Shown here piece by piece: positions 19,821 to 29,327 of a DNA stretch of 64,000 nucleotides. The stretch is taken from assembly GCA_965205025.1 (NCBI GenBank), contig CBDBFU010000014.1:192001-256000 (forward strand). Direction: 5' to 3'. Under the pieces are notes generated by a model. That model was not told the origin of the DNA and ran no database searches. It was given only the letters and a program-made list of their open reading frames with translations. Position numbers and translations under genes: made by a program. The DNA comes from Candidatus Poribacteria bacterium. Lineage in GTDB: Bacteria; Poribacteria; WGA-4E; WGA-3G. How positions within the stretch are numbered: the stretch's first letter is position 1; the number at the start of each line of letters is the position of its first letter.

Positions 19821-21773
19821 TTATTCAGTTATTGCATCTCTAAGTTGTATGGCAGACTCGTATGTAGCATCAATTTCTAACGCCATATTTACATGATGTA
19901 ATGCATATTCAAAGGAATCCAACCCATAATACGCAATTGCTAAGTTAAAATATGCCTTCTTGTATTGGTTGTCTATTTCTATCGCATTCATTAGGGGTTT
20001 TATAGACTTTTCATATTCACCCTTATGGATATATGCGAATCCTATCTTAGCGTGTATTCTTTTATCATTTCTATCCAGTTCAAGACATTTATTTAATTCA
20101 TTTATCCCAATATCTAACATGTTCTTATCAATAAAACTTGATCCACGGACATAATATCTGTCCTTTATGTCAGATAATAACAATTCTGCAATTTCTAATC
20201 CTGGCTTAGTCTCTAATGCTCTTTTAGCAAATGAAACTGCTTCCTCAAGTTCATCATTATTATAGTGAATTCGACCTTCTTCCACAAATATATCCTCTCT
20301 TGTAGGTTCAGGTTTAAGACCATTCTGATCAGAGATATTATTTGATTTTCCTACTATACGTCTCTTTATTTCTTGCATTTCATTTAGCATTTCTAAGTTA
20401 TCACTATAGGCACTTACTCTAAATCTTTTATCTGCAGTATCTATTAAATTAATAATTATACTATATATGTCATTTGAATCATCCGTACCATCTGCGATAT
20501 ATGAATAAGCCTTAACTAAATGTAAATAAGAACTAATTAAATCCATTCTTTCTATGTACATAGGATATGCATACTCACTAATAAGTATATTGAAATATTC
20601 AATTGATTCCTTATAATATTCTTTGTTATTGCCTCCAGCCATGTAATAACAATAACCGCACCAATATAGTGCGTAGACTTTGTCATCAGACAATAAATCA
20701 CTAATTGCCAATCGTTTAAATAGAGTAGCTGCTTCTAAGAATTTACCATTAAAACGTAAGGAAGTTGCCTTACGGAAAAGATCTGAGTTATTAGTTTTTG
20801 GTCCTACAGTTTCATCCATATCTTCTGGAACAAAATATGTTTCTTTAGATTTATTGTCCAATAATTGTTTATATGTTGGGTTGTTAGTCCTATCAATTGC
20901 TAACTGATAGTATCTTCGTGCCTCAGGATAATTGCTCACATCAGTATAGATATCAGCAATTAACTCATAAGCTTTAGATAAATACTGACTATTTGGGTTG
21001 TCTGTAATCGTTTTTAACACTAAAAATGCATCGAATGCCTTATCTTGTTTTTTTAACTCAACGGCTGTTTGATAAAGGGTTTCATCAGTGAGTTGTTTGT
21101 TCTCAGCATTTTCGTCCCTATCCACATTGACATTTTGAGTTTTATTATTTTCCACTAAAAGATTTGATAAACGGTGTTCTATATCAGTACGATAGTTTGT
21201 AGTTGGAAATTCATCAATTAGTCGGTTAAACGCAGCATGAGCTTCTTCATAGTTTCGTGGGTTAGAATTTATTATACCAATTTTATATAATGCTTCTTCA
21301 ACTAATGAACTCTGAGGATATAGCCGAATAAAGTGAGAATATTTTTCATCAGCTTCCAAAGGCATTTTGTTCTTATATAATATTTCTGCCCATAAGAATG
21401 TAAGATTTGACTTATGTCGGATCTCATTAGTGTTTGATATAGATTGTCGGATATGATTCAATGCAATCGGATAGTATTTCTGTCTGTTGAAATCACTAAT
21501 TTCACCCAGTTTTTCATAACACAGTGCAATCTTATAATTTGCCAGGCCCGTGAAGTCGTTATCAATGAATTTAGGTCTTGCTCCGACTTTGTTGGAGGCT
21601 TTTATTGCTTTCTTATAGATCTTTATTGCTTCCTCGTATTTTCGAATTTCAAATAAATTTTCAGCATGATCATAATGTTTCTCGACTTTCTTTGCACTTC
21701 CTAAAACAAGAGGGGATAGTAAAGCAATTATTAATGCCACTCCTCCAATTATTCCGAGAGTTTTTGTATCCAT
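19821..21773 (-). CDS. TPR-repeat protein with N-terminal membrane anchor
   Basis: Hydrophobic N-terminus, BamD/YfiO-like TPRs (YPQSSLVEEALYKIG), C-terminal TPRs. Confidence 0.85.
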   Translation of the reverse strand: MDTKTLGIIGGVALIIALLSPLVLGSAKKVEKHYDHAENLFEIRKYEEAIKIYKKAIKASNKVGARPKFIDNDFTGLANYKIALCYEKLGEISDFNRQKYYPIALNHIRQSISNTNEIRHKSNLTFLWAEILYKNKMPLEADEKYSHFIRLYPQSSLVEEALYKIGIINSNPRNYEEAHAAFNRLIDEFPTTNYRTDIEHRLSNLLVENNKTQNVNVDRDENAENKQLTDETLYQTAVELKKQDKAFDAFLVLKTITDNPNSQYLSKAYELIADIYTDVSNYPEARRYYQLAIDRTNNPTYKQLLDNKSKETYFVPEDMDETVGPKTNNSDLFRKATSLRFNGKFLEAATLFKRLAISDLLSDDKVYALYWCGYCYYMAGGNNKEYYKESIEYFNILISEYAYPMYIERMDLISSYLHLVKAYSYIADGTDDSNDIYSIIINLIDTADKRFRVSAYSDNLEMLNEMQEIKRRIVGKSNNISDQNGLKPEPTREDIFVEEGRIHYNNDELEEAVSFAKRALETKPGLEIAELLLSDIKDRYYVRGSSFIDKNMLDIGINELNKCLELDRNDKRIHAKIGFAYIHKGEYEKSIKPLMNAIEIDNQYKKAYFNLAIAYYGLDSFEYALHHVNMALEIDATYESAIQLRDAITE

Positions 21774-21797
21774 ACTAACTCCTTATTCTTTCGGGAC

Positions 21798-24062
21798 TTA
21801 ATCTATCGGGTCTGGACCGAGTACTCTTAATGTAAGATCTTTTTCTGCAATTGTTTTATTTTTACTATCAACCAATGTAATATTCAATTTATTACTTGAT
21901 GTAACAGCTCTCGTATTAGATGTGATTTTTATATTTATAGTTTCATTCTTATTCTTGGTTATATTGAATCTATTATTGGGAATAGTAAATTGTAATCCTT
22001 TTATGGAATTAGGAGATATCCTCAAACTGATGTTTCTTGCTGTACTTCCACTATTTGCTATTTTTAGATTTAAACTATAATCCTGTCCAGAAAAGATTTG
22101 ATTAGATGGTTTCCCATATCTATTTAGCAATGTAGTTTCAATTGAAAGTTTGGGCTGAATTTGATTTTTAGAAGTTTTTCTGTTAGAACTAGTATTTGTA
22201 TCTGAACTGTCCTTATTATGAACTGTCTGATTACTTTGATTTTTTCCATCCGTTTGTTTACGATTTGAATCGAAGATATCAAAGAAAGTAAATACATCAT
22301 ACCGATATGCAATAAACAATCCAGCAAAAACTACTAAGACTATAGAAGCATACAAAAGTACTTTCTTTCTCTTTTTGTCATTCTTTTCAACCTTTTGAAT
22401 AAACTTTATCGTCTGAATGATATCCTGCGATGGTTTATGATTAGGGTTAAGTGCTAATGCCTTTTCTGCTGCAAGTTTGGCATTAGTATAATCACCCATG
22501 GCAAGATAGGTGTCACCTAAACGAGAATGACCATCAATATGGTTGGGATCAGTCTGAATAACCTTTTGGAATGAATCAACAGCTTGATCATATTGTTTTA
22601 TATTTAGAAACACTAAACCCCGTTCCAATTCCTTATCTATATCAATATCTTCTTGAGGTACAATCTCATTTTTAACCTCTTCACCATCAGAATCTTCTGA
22701 ACGTTCAACCTCTATCTCAGACAACAATTGTTTTGCGTCAGGTGAATTTTGATCAATCCGTAATACCTCTTGGACTGAACTTTCCGCTTCATCTAATTGC
22801 TGGTTCTGAAAGTATGCTTTTGCCAAACCAAGATGAGCATCAGCATAATCAGATTTAAGATCTAAAGCATTCTGAAATTCGCTTATAGATTCGTCTATCT
22901 TACCGGCATCAAGGTATGCCATTCCAGTTGCATAATGTGCTTCATGTCTTGGTTGAGTTGTAGTTGTTGAATCTGTAGTTTTTGGTGTAGCATTTTGAGT
23001 TTCATCTGTAGTATCGTTAGAATCAGCTTTATATGTAGGATCTATTGCTTCTAAAAGTGTCTTAGCAGGTTGATAATTTGGATCAATTGATAATGAATCT
23101 TTTGCAGCATTTCTTGCATTGTCAAGTTCACCTAAACCAAGGAATGTGAGTGCAAGACTATGATGTGCTTCCTTATTCCTTGGATCAAGTGATATAGTTT
23201 TTTGCAGATTATCTAATGCTCTAGGATAGCTCTCCAATTTCAAATGTGCTACTGCCAGATTATATTGTGCAGCAGTATAACCTGGATCAAGGGTAATGAC
23301 ATTCTGGAGTGAGGCTATTGCATCACTATAACGTTCATCTTTGAGAAATGTGATTCCATTGTTGTAATGTGTTTGTTTAATTGATTCTACAAGAGCATGA
23401 ATTGGTTGGAATTTAGGATCAAGTCGAAGAGTCTCTATAGCAGCATTCGTTGCAGCTTCTAAATTCCCTAACTCTCTATGGGCACGAGCAAGGTAGTAGT
23501 GTGTTTCTATTTGATTAGGATTTCTAACGATTGCGTCATCAAGGTATTGAATGGCATCTTGATATTGTTTTATTTCAACAAAAGCATTTCCTATGAGATA
23601 ATAGACATCGTCATAACTATTGTTAGATGAAATAGAGCTTTTTAATGAGTCAACTGCTTTCTCATAGTCCTTAAGACCCAGATAAGATCGACCAAGGTTA
23701 TAATTCGTATCTTTATAATCAGAATCAAGTATTATAACTTTTTCAAATGTAGTGACTGCATCCTGATAGTTTTTACCTTCTAATAATGTAATACCATTTT
23801 CGTAATGTGTGGTTTTTATTGTTTCACTTATGTCTTTCACTGAAGGATAATCAGGATTCAGTTTTAAAGCAGCAAGAATAGAGAGTTCGGCTTTGTACAG
23901 ATCATTTAACTCCAAATAGGCGCGACCGAGTCCACAGTGAGCATCAATATAATCAGGATCCACTTGAATCACTGCTTCGAATTCTGGAATAGCCTCTTTA
24001 TACTGTTGATCATTTAGATATGCGATGCCGAGATTGTAGCGTGCTTCTTTTATGGCATTCAT
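21798..24062 (-). CDS. Multi-TPR protein with one TM helix and a C-terminal Ig-like domain
   Basis: Many canonical TPRs (YNLG.AY...), KKRKK then TM segment VLLYASIVLVVFAGLFIAY, beta-rich C-terminus. Confidence 0.88.
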   Translation of the reverse strand: MNAIKEARYNLGIAYLNDQQYKEAIPEFEAVIQVDPDYIDAHCGLGRAYLELNDLYKAELSILAALKLNPDYPSVKDISETIKTTHYENGITLLEGKNYQDAVTTFEKVIILDSDYKDTNYNLGRSYLGLKDYEKAVDSLKSSISSNNSYDDVYYLIGNAFVEIKQYQDAIQYLDDAIVRNPNQIETHYYLARAHRELGNLEAATNAAIETLRLDPKFQPIHALVESIKQTHYNNGITFLKDERYSDAIASLQNVITLDPGYTAAQYNLAVAHLKLESYPRALDNLQKTISLDPRNKEAHHSLALTFLGLGELDNARNAAKDSLSIDPNYQPAKTLLEAIDPTYKADSNDTTDETQNATPKTTDSTTTTQPRHEAHYATGMAYLDAGKIDESISEFQNALDLKSDYADAHLGLAKAYFQNQQLDEAESSVQEVLRIDQNSPDAKQLLSEIEVERSEDSDGEEVKNEIVPQEDIDIDKELERGLVFLNIKQYDQAVDSFQKVIQTDPNHIDGHSRLGDTYLAMGDYTNAKLAAEKALALNPNHKPSQDIIQTIKFIQKVEKNDKKRKKVLLYASIVLVVFAGLFIAYRYDVFTFFDIFDSNRKQTDGKNQSNQTVHNKDSSDTNTSSNRKTSKNQIQPKLSIETTLLNRYGKPSNQIFSGQDYSLNLKIANSGSTARNISLRISPNSIKGLQFTIPNNRFNITKNKNETINIKITSNTRAVTSSNKLNITLVDSKNKTIAEKDLTLRVLGPDPID

Positions 24063-24235
24063 TGTCTCGTTGAAATAGAGAAGAATCAGACAGAGTATAT
24101 TTTGAACATTTTATTACAATATATGTAAATTATCAAGAATGAAATCTAAAAGATGGCAATTATCTTGAAATGTAAAGTTGTTTTTGATAAACTTCCAATT
24201 TAGTAGACAAACTTTCTCATAAACGAGGTAAGAAA

Positions 24236-25288
24236 ATGGCAGAAAAAACATATCGTGTTGGAATTATCGGTTGTGGTGGTATGGGTAGATCACATACCGG
24301 TAATTGGAGAGGTACAGGTCGTGCAGAAGTTGTAACTGCATCCGATATCAATGAAGAATCCGCAAAGAAATTCGCTGAAGACCAATCACTATCCTCATAC
24401 TACACAGATTTTGAAGAAATGTGTGAAAAAGAGGAACTTGATATCGTAAGTATCACTACTTGGCAAAGTGTCCGAGCAGAACCAACTATCGCTGCAGCAG
24501 AAAACGGTGTCGTCGGTGTTATTACGGAGAAACCGATGGCTGCTTCTGTTGGTGATGCACAAGATATGATGGATGCTTGTGAAAAGAATGGTACCAAACT
24601 GGTGGTTGGACACCAACGACGTTTCAGTCCACAAAATTGTGAAGCACGGAGACTAATCCAGGAAGGTGCTATTGGTCAACCGCAAGCGATGTTACGTCGG
24701 GATGGTCATGGTTTGCTAAATCGCGGAACACATGAAATTGACGAGATGCGATATATTCTTGGTGATCCTGAACCTCAATGGCTTATTGCTCAAGTTGCAC
24801 GAAAAACAGATCGTTGGGAACGTCGTGTAAGAACTGAAGACCTTTGTATGGCGGAAATCTGCTTTGAAGGCGGTATACGTGGTGTTTATGAAAGTGATTT
24901 ACCCGGTCCTGGACTCCGGGGTGATGCGGTTTATGGAGATGATGGACAACTCCGCCGCGGAGAGAATGGAACGATAGAACTTCTGAATAGTAAAGCAGCA
25001 GGATGGCAAACAATCGAACCACGTCAAGGTGAACCGAACCAATTTACCGAAATGTTAGCGTGGATTGAAGGAGAAGTCGATGAGCATCGGAATGCTGGTA
25101 GACACGGTTTTTGTACAATCGAAATTCTGATGGCCTTCTACGAATCTTTACGACTACAAGATGTTGTGACATTTCCAATGGAAACGCGGCCAAACCCACT
25201 TGATTTGTTGGTTGAAGGTGGAAAATTACCTGTTCATGTTGAAGGACGGTACGATATTCGTGCCCCGTTTCCTGAAGAGAACAAGTAA
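24236..25288 (+). CDS. Gfo/Idh/MocA family oxidoreductase
   Basis: VGIIGCGGMG, TEKPMA, VGHQRRF. Confidence 0.92.
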   Translation: MAEKTYRVGIIGCGGMGRSHTGNWRGTGRAEVVTASDINEESAKKFAEDQSLSSYYTDFEEMCEKEELDIVSITTWQSVRAEPTIAAAENGVVGVITEKPMAASVGDAQDMMDACEKNGTKLVVGHQRRFSPQNCEARRLIQEGAIGQPQAMLRRDGHGLLNRGTHEIDEMRYILGDPEPQWLIAQVARKTDRWERRVRTEDLCMAEICFEGGIRGVYESDLPGPGLRGDAVYGDDGQLRRGENGTIELLNSKAAGWQTIEPRQGEPNQFTEMLAWIEGEVDEHRNAGRHGFCTIEILMAFYESLRLQDVVTFPMETRPNPLDLLVEGGKLPVHVEGRYDIRAPFPEENK

Positions 25289-25327
25289 ACCTATCCTAAC
25301 GGAACATACCAATACATACAATTTAGT

Positions 25328-25353
25328 AAAGGACGGTAACCACCGTCCTTTTT
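25328..25353. terminator. Bidirectional intrinsic terminator
   Basis: aaaggacggt-aacc-accgtccttttt between convergent genes. Confidence 0.7.
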
Positions 25354-25355
25354 CA

Positions 25356-26231
25356 TTAACAATCTACATCTTTTCCATCACTACCATATACACCCATTCT
25401 ATCCTGTGTAGATATCTCTTCAGAACTTGCAGGTTTATAATGTAATTGTAGTGCTCTTCTACGTTTTGGAGTTTGATTTGCGGGACTTCCATGATGTGTT
25501 AATCCGTGCCAAAACAGACAGCCACCTGGTTGAAGTGGCACAACTGTATCGCGAGCAACAGGAACATCAGTATCACAGATTTGCCAATCCCTTCGTTTGA
25601 AATGGATCATTGGACCTTCAATATGTGAACCGGGTATGATGTGCATACAACCGTTTTCTGCTGTGGCTTCATCTAAGGCAATCCAAACACCAACAACAAT
25701 TGTGCTTCTCTGAAGATTGAAGTATGCCAAATCTTGATGCCACGGTTTTTCTGATCCGAAAATAGGGGGTTTTACTAATGCCATATCTTGGAACAATACA
25801 GGTGTATCATCCATAATTCGTTGTAAAATACCGAGTAATCCTTGATGGTCAGCAATAGCATTCAGCCGAGGTTCGTGACTAACATAGTTGAATATTTTCC
25901 GAATAGCATCACGACGTTCGTCAGGATTCATCTCATCCTTAGCCTTTACAAGTTTAGGTTCAAATTGGATTGCTTTAAAGTCAGGATTGTTCCCATCCAT
26001 CAGATATACCATACCTTCTAAAGCGGATTTTATTTCCTCCTGTGAAAAACCATCTTCAATTACAAGATATCCATGTTGATGAAAGTAGGCAATATCATCG
26101 TCTGTTACAGAGGAAAATCCACCTGTAATACTGTGAGCAATAGTATCGAATCGGTATAGCTCCTCAGGATATGGTATAGGTGGGACAGTAGGATCGGTGT
26201 TTTGTGGATTAGTTGATGAATGTTGATTCAT
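25356..26231 (-). CDS. Phytanoyl-CoA dioxygenase (PhyH) family Fe(II)/2OG oxygenase
   Basis: KPWHQD, WIALD, NGCMHIIPGSH, HHGSPAN...RRALQLHY. Confidence 0.92.
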   Translation of the reverse strand: MNQHSSTNPQNTDPTVPPIPYPEELYRFDTIAHSITGGFSSVTDDDIAYFHQHGYLVIEDGFSQEEIKSALEGMVYLMDGNNPDFKAIQFEPKLVKAKDEMNPDERRDAIRKIFNYVSHEPRLNAIADHQGLLGILQRIMDDTPVLFQDMALVKPPIFGSEKPWHQDLAYFNLQRSTIVVGVWIALDEATAENGCMHIIPGSHIEGPMIHFKRRDWQICDTDVPVARDTVVPLQPGGCLFWHGLTHHGSPANQTPKRRRALQLHYKPASSEEISTQDRMGVYGSDGKDVDC

Positions 26232-26242
26232 AATAATACTCC

Positions 26243-27256
26243 TTAGATTTCACCACGACTTTCTTGGGCAAGTAAAGTCAAGAAGTGCTTAACGCGATTA
26301 ACAGAATCTTGTGCACGTTCACGGGATGAAGAATCTCTTTCCTCATCTTCTACCCATCTTTGACGTTCTGGTAACCACTCCTCCTGTAGATATTGTAGTT
26401 GATTTTGAAAATGTGGATCCTCAGTTTCACTAACAAAATACTCAATTATACCAAGTAAACCGTATTTGCGATTGATCTCCATATCATCTAATTCATTCAC
26501 CATCTGAGTGAATAAATGTTGATTACGATCTTGTCTTGCTTGAGCAACTTCCCGCGCAGATTCGGTCAATAGATTGTCAACAAACTCCTGTTTGGAATTA
26601 ATCCATCTGGGTAAATTTCTGACGTACTCTTCTAAATCCCAACTTCCACGTTGAAGTGCGAAGTATGCGTGAATATGGATGTTTCTGAAGAAACCTGTAT
26701 AACCGACATTCGGATCCATAGTATCTGCATCATAAAGAATTTGGTTCTCAATGTTTCCATAGAGGAGTTTGAAATTTTCTGCTGTAAGGTTCATCGGTTT
26801 AAGATGTGCTAACACTACAGCCGTCGCGGCTTCAACAAATTCCTGTTCAAAGTCGTACATTTGTAGGATATTTTCAGTGATAACAGCACCCGATTCGTGA
26901 TGAACTTTTCCATGAAGATTGTGCTTCTTGTATAGATCGGTAACTACATTCTGTCCTGCGGGTGTTAGCGTTTCATTAAGCCAGAAACCGTTGTGGTCGA
27001 GAATCCTTTTGCCATTGTCATCTGTAAGTATGACACCGTCATAACGTTTTGTAATGTCGTGTAAAGTTCCTGCGATTTCCAATAGTTTTACATTACCATT
27101 TTCACGTCTTCCAAGTTCCATACTCATTGCTCGGACACGCATAGTGTGGTTCCAGGTATAATGTCGCCATTGAAACCCTACTCGGTTGTGTTCCCAAAGA
27201 TTAAATGTGTCATTGACCAGTGTTTCCAATTCACTCAAGACTTGGTCGTAATTCAT
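26243..27256 (-). CDS. HD-domain metalloprotein
   Basis: NHTMRV...LHDITK...HHESGA...LAH...LYDADTMD. Confidence 0.85.
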   Translation of the reverse strand: MNYDQVLSELETLVNDTFNLWEHNRVGFQWRHYTWNHTMRVRAMSMELGRRENGNVKLLEIAGTLHDITKRYDGVILTDDNGKRILDHNGFWLNETLTPAGQNVVTDLYKKHNLHGKVHHESGAVITENILQMYDFEQEFVEAATAVVLAHLKPMNLTAENFKLLYGNIENQILYDADTMDPNVGYTGFFRNIHIHAYFALQRGSWDLEEYVRNLPRWINSKQEFVDNLLTESAREVAQARQDRNQHLFTQMVNELDDMEINRKYGLLGIIEYFVSETEDPHFQNQLQYLQEEWLPERQRWVEDEERDSSSRERAQDSVNRVKHFLTLLAQESRGEI

Positions 27257-27272
27257 AAAAACCTCGTTTCAT

Positions 27273-28028
27273 TTATTCACTATACTTAACTTTGACAAGT
27301 GATAAACCGTTCGCGGGAACTGATGGTCCAGCTTTAGATCTATCTCTTGCATCTACAATACTTTGGAATTGCGTGGTTGCATCTGTGATATTAAATTTTG
27401 GATCTTTTATACACTTTAAAATTGTTCCAACTATAGCTCGTACCATACCTCTTAAGAATGAATCCGCTTCAAATTCAAAAAAGATTAAATCCTCTCTTGT
27501 ATGACAAAATGCTTTGAAAATATCACAGACAGGATTGCTTCTATCACTACCCGTTTTTTGAAAGGAAGAGAAATCGTGTTTACCTATTAAACATTTACAT
27601 ATTTCATTAGCGATTTCAATGTTTATGTTCGTAGAAAGATGATGGCACGTTCTGTGTATGAGTGCAGAAGGAAATGATCTATTTAGTATTGTATACCTAT
27701 AATACCTACTTATTGCACTAAACCTCGCATGAAATTCTGTATCCACTTCAGTTGCATCAATCACAACGACGTCAGAAGGAAGAAAGGTATTTGTACCTGA
27801 TTGGAAGGCTGCAATTGGAATTGACGAATTTGTCTGAAAGTTAGCAACTTGACCCTCTGCATGTACACCCGTATCTGTTCTTCCTGCTCCTATAATCTGT
27901 ATTGACGAATTTGTCAATTGTCTGATTGCATCTTCAACAACACCCTGAACTGTAGGTAGATTGGGTTGTATCTGCCACCCATGGTAATTAGTTCCATCAT
28001 ATTCGAGGACCAGTTTAATATTTCGCAT
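27273..28028 (-). CDS. truA: tRNA pseudouridine(38-40) synthase
   Basis: YDGTNYHGWQIQ, GAGRTDTGVHA, FHARFSA, FLRGMVR. Confidence 0.97.
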   Translation of the reverse strand: MRNIKLVLEYDGTNYHGWQIQPNLPTVQGVVEDAIRQLTNSSIQIIGAGRTDTGVHAEGQVANFQTNSSIPIAAFQSGTNTFLPSDVVVIDATEVDTEFHARFSAISRYYRYTILNRSFPSALIHRTCHHLSTNINIEIANEICKCLIGKHDFSSFQKTGSDRSNPVCDIFKAFCHTREDLIFFEFEADSFLRGMVRAIVGTILKCIKDPKFNITDATTQFQSIVDARDRSKAGPSVPANGLSLVKVKYSE

Positions 28029-28179
28029 TTTCTTACATAAAAGGTCTAAACCTAAACTGTATACAAAATATCATACCATTCTATAGGTGTCAATATGAAT
28101 TATAGTTTTGAAATATGGTGCATGCAATCATTGTATATGATACGATACTAATAGAATTTAAATGAGAGGTAATTTAATA

Positions 28180-29271
28180 ATGAGCCGTGTACGAATAGGT
28201 GTTATTGGTAGTGGTGCAATTGCGCAGGTACACCATTTGCCGAATCTTGCCCAGTTACATAGAGAATTTGAAGTACCCATAATTTGTGACTTATCTGAAA
28301 AGACTGTAGAAGCAGCTGCGAAGAGATTTAAAATTCCTGAATATGTTACAGATTACCGTAAAATCTTAGATTCAAAGGTTGATGCTGTCTTATTATGTCA
28401 TGGTGATCCAAAGACAGAAGTTGCTCTTGCTGCATTTGAAGCAGGAAAACATGTCTTCATTGAGAAACCTGTCTGTTTTTCATTACAAGAAATAGATGCC
28501 ATGATTGCTGCTCAGAAAAAGGCTAACAAAATAGGACAGGCAGGTTATATGAAGGTACACGATCCTGCTTTTCAATATGCAAAAACTGAAGTTGATTCAA
28601 TGGAGAGTTATCGGTTTGTACAAATTAACCATCTACATCCAAACAACAGATTACATCTGAGTCAATTTGACGTGGAAAGATATGATGACATTCCTGAAAA
28701 TGCTTTTGAACCTGCACATACTGCTCGCAGACAGGCTGTAGCAGAAGCAATTGGTGATGTCTCACCAGAAGCAGAACGCGCGTTCTTCTTACTATCAGGA
28801 AGTATGATTCATGACCTATACAGTATGCGAGTGATGTTGGGATCACCATCTGAGGTAGTGAGTGCCGAAGTATGGTCAAATGGACAAGGTGTGAGTATCG
28901 TATTTGGATTTCCAAACGGTGCGCGTTGTATTGCTACCTGGGTTGATTTACCGGATCTGTGGGATTTCAAAGAAACATTAGAGATCTATGGTGATAATAA
29001 AAGGGTTGTTGTCTCCTATCCTACAGGATTTTCACGAGGTATACTTTCTGAAGTGAATATACACGGAATTGATGCAGTAGGCACAACATATAGTAAAACT
29101 CCAGCGATTGAGTGGGAAAGTGCTTTTGTACGCGAATTACGCCATTTTCATGCTTGTATTACCGAAGGTGTAGAATGCTATACTTCGATTGAATCTGCAC
29201 GGAAGGATATTGAATTAATTATTAGTATTGTTAGGTGTTTTGTTGATAGATCTCCTATAACATGCAATTAA
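28180..29271 (+). CDS. Gfo/Idh/MocA family oxidoreductase
   Basis: IGVIGSGAIA, GKHVFIEKP, SMIHD. Confidence 0.9.
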   Translation: MSRVRIGVIGSGAIAQVHHLPNLAQLHREFEVPIICDLSEKTVEAAAKRFKIPEYVTDYRKILDSKVDAVLLCHGDPKTEVALAAFEAGKHVFIEKPVCFSLQEIDAMIAAQKKANKIGQAGYMKVHDPAFQYAKTEVDSMESYRFVQINHLHPNNRLHLSQFDVERYDDIPENAFEPAHTARRQAVAEAIGDVSPEAERAFFLLSGSMIHDLYSMRVMLGSPSEVVSAEVWSNGQGVSIVFGFPNGARCIATWVDLPDLWDFKETLEIYGDNKRVVVSYPTGFSRGILSEVNIHGIDAVGTTYSKTPAIEWESAFVRELRHFHACITEGVECYTSIESARKDIELIISIVRCFVDRSPITCN

Positions 29272-29276
29272 AAATG

Positions 29277-29312
29277 AAAGGGTGGACAATTCTGTTAAAT
29301 TGTCCACCCTTT
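29277..29312. terminator. Bidirectional intrinsic terminator
   Basis: aaagggtggacaatt...aattgtccacccttt between convergent genes. Confidence 0.7.
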
Positions 29313-29327
29313 GTTGAAGATAGAGTA

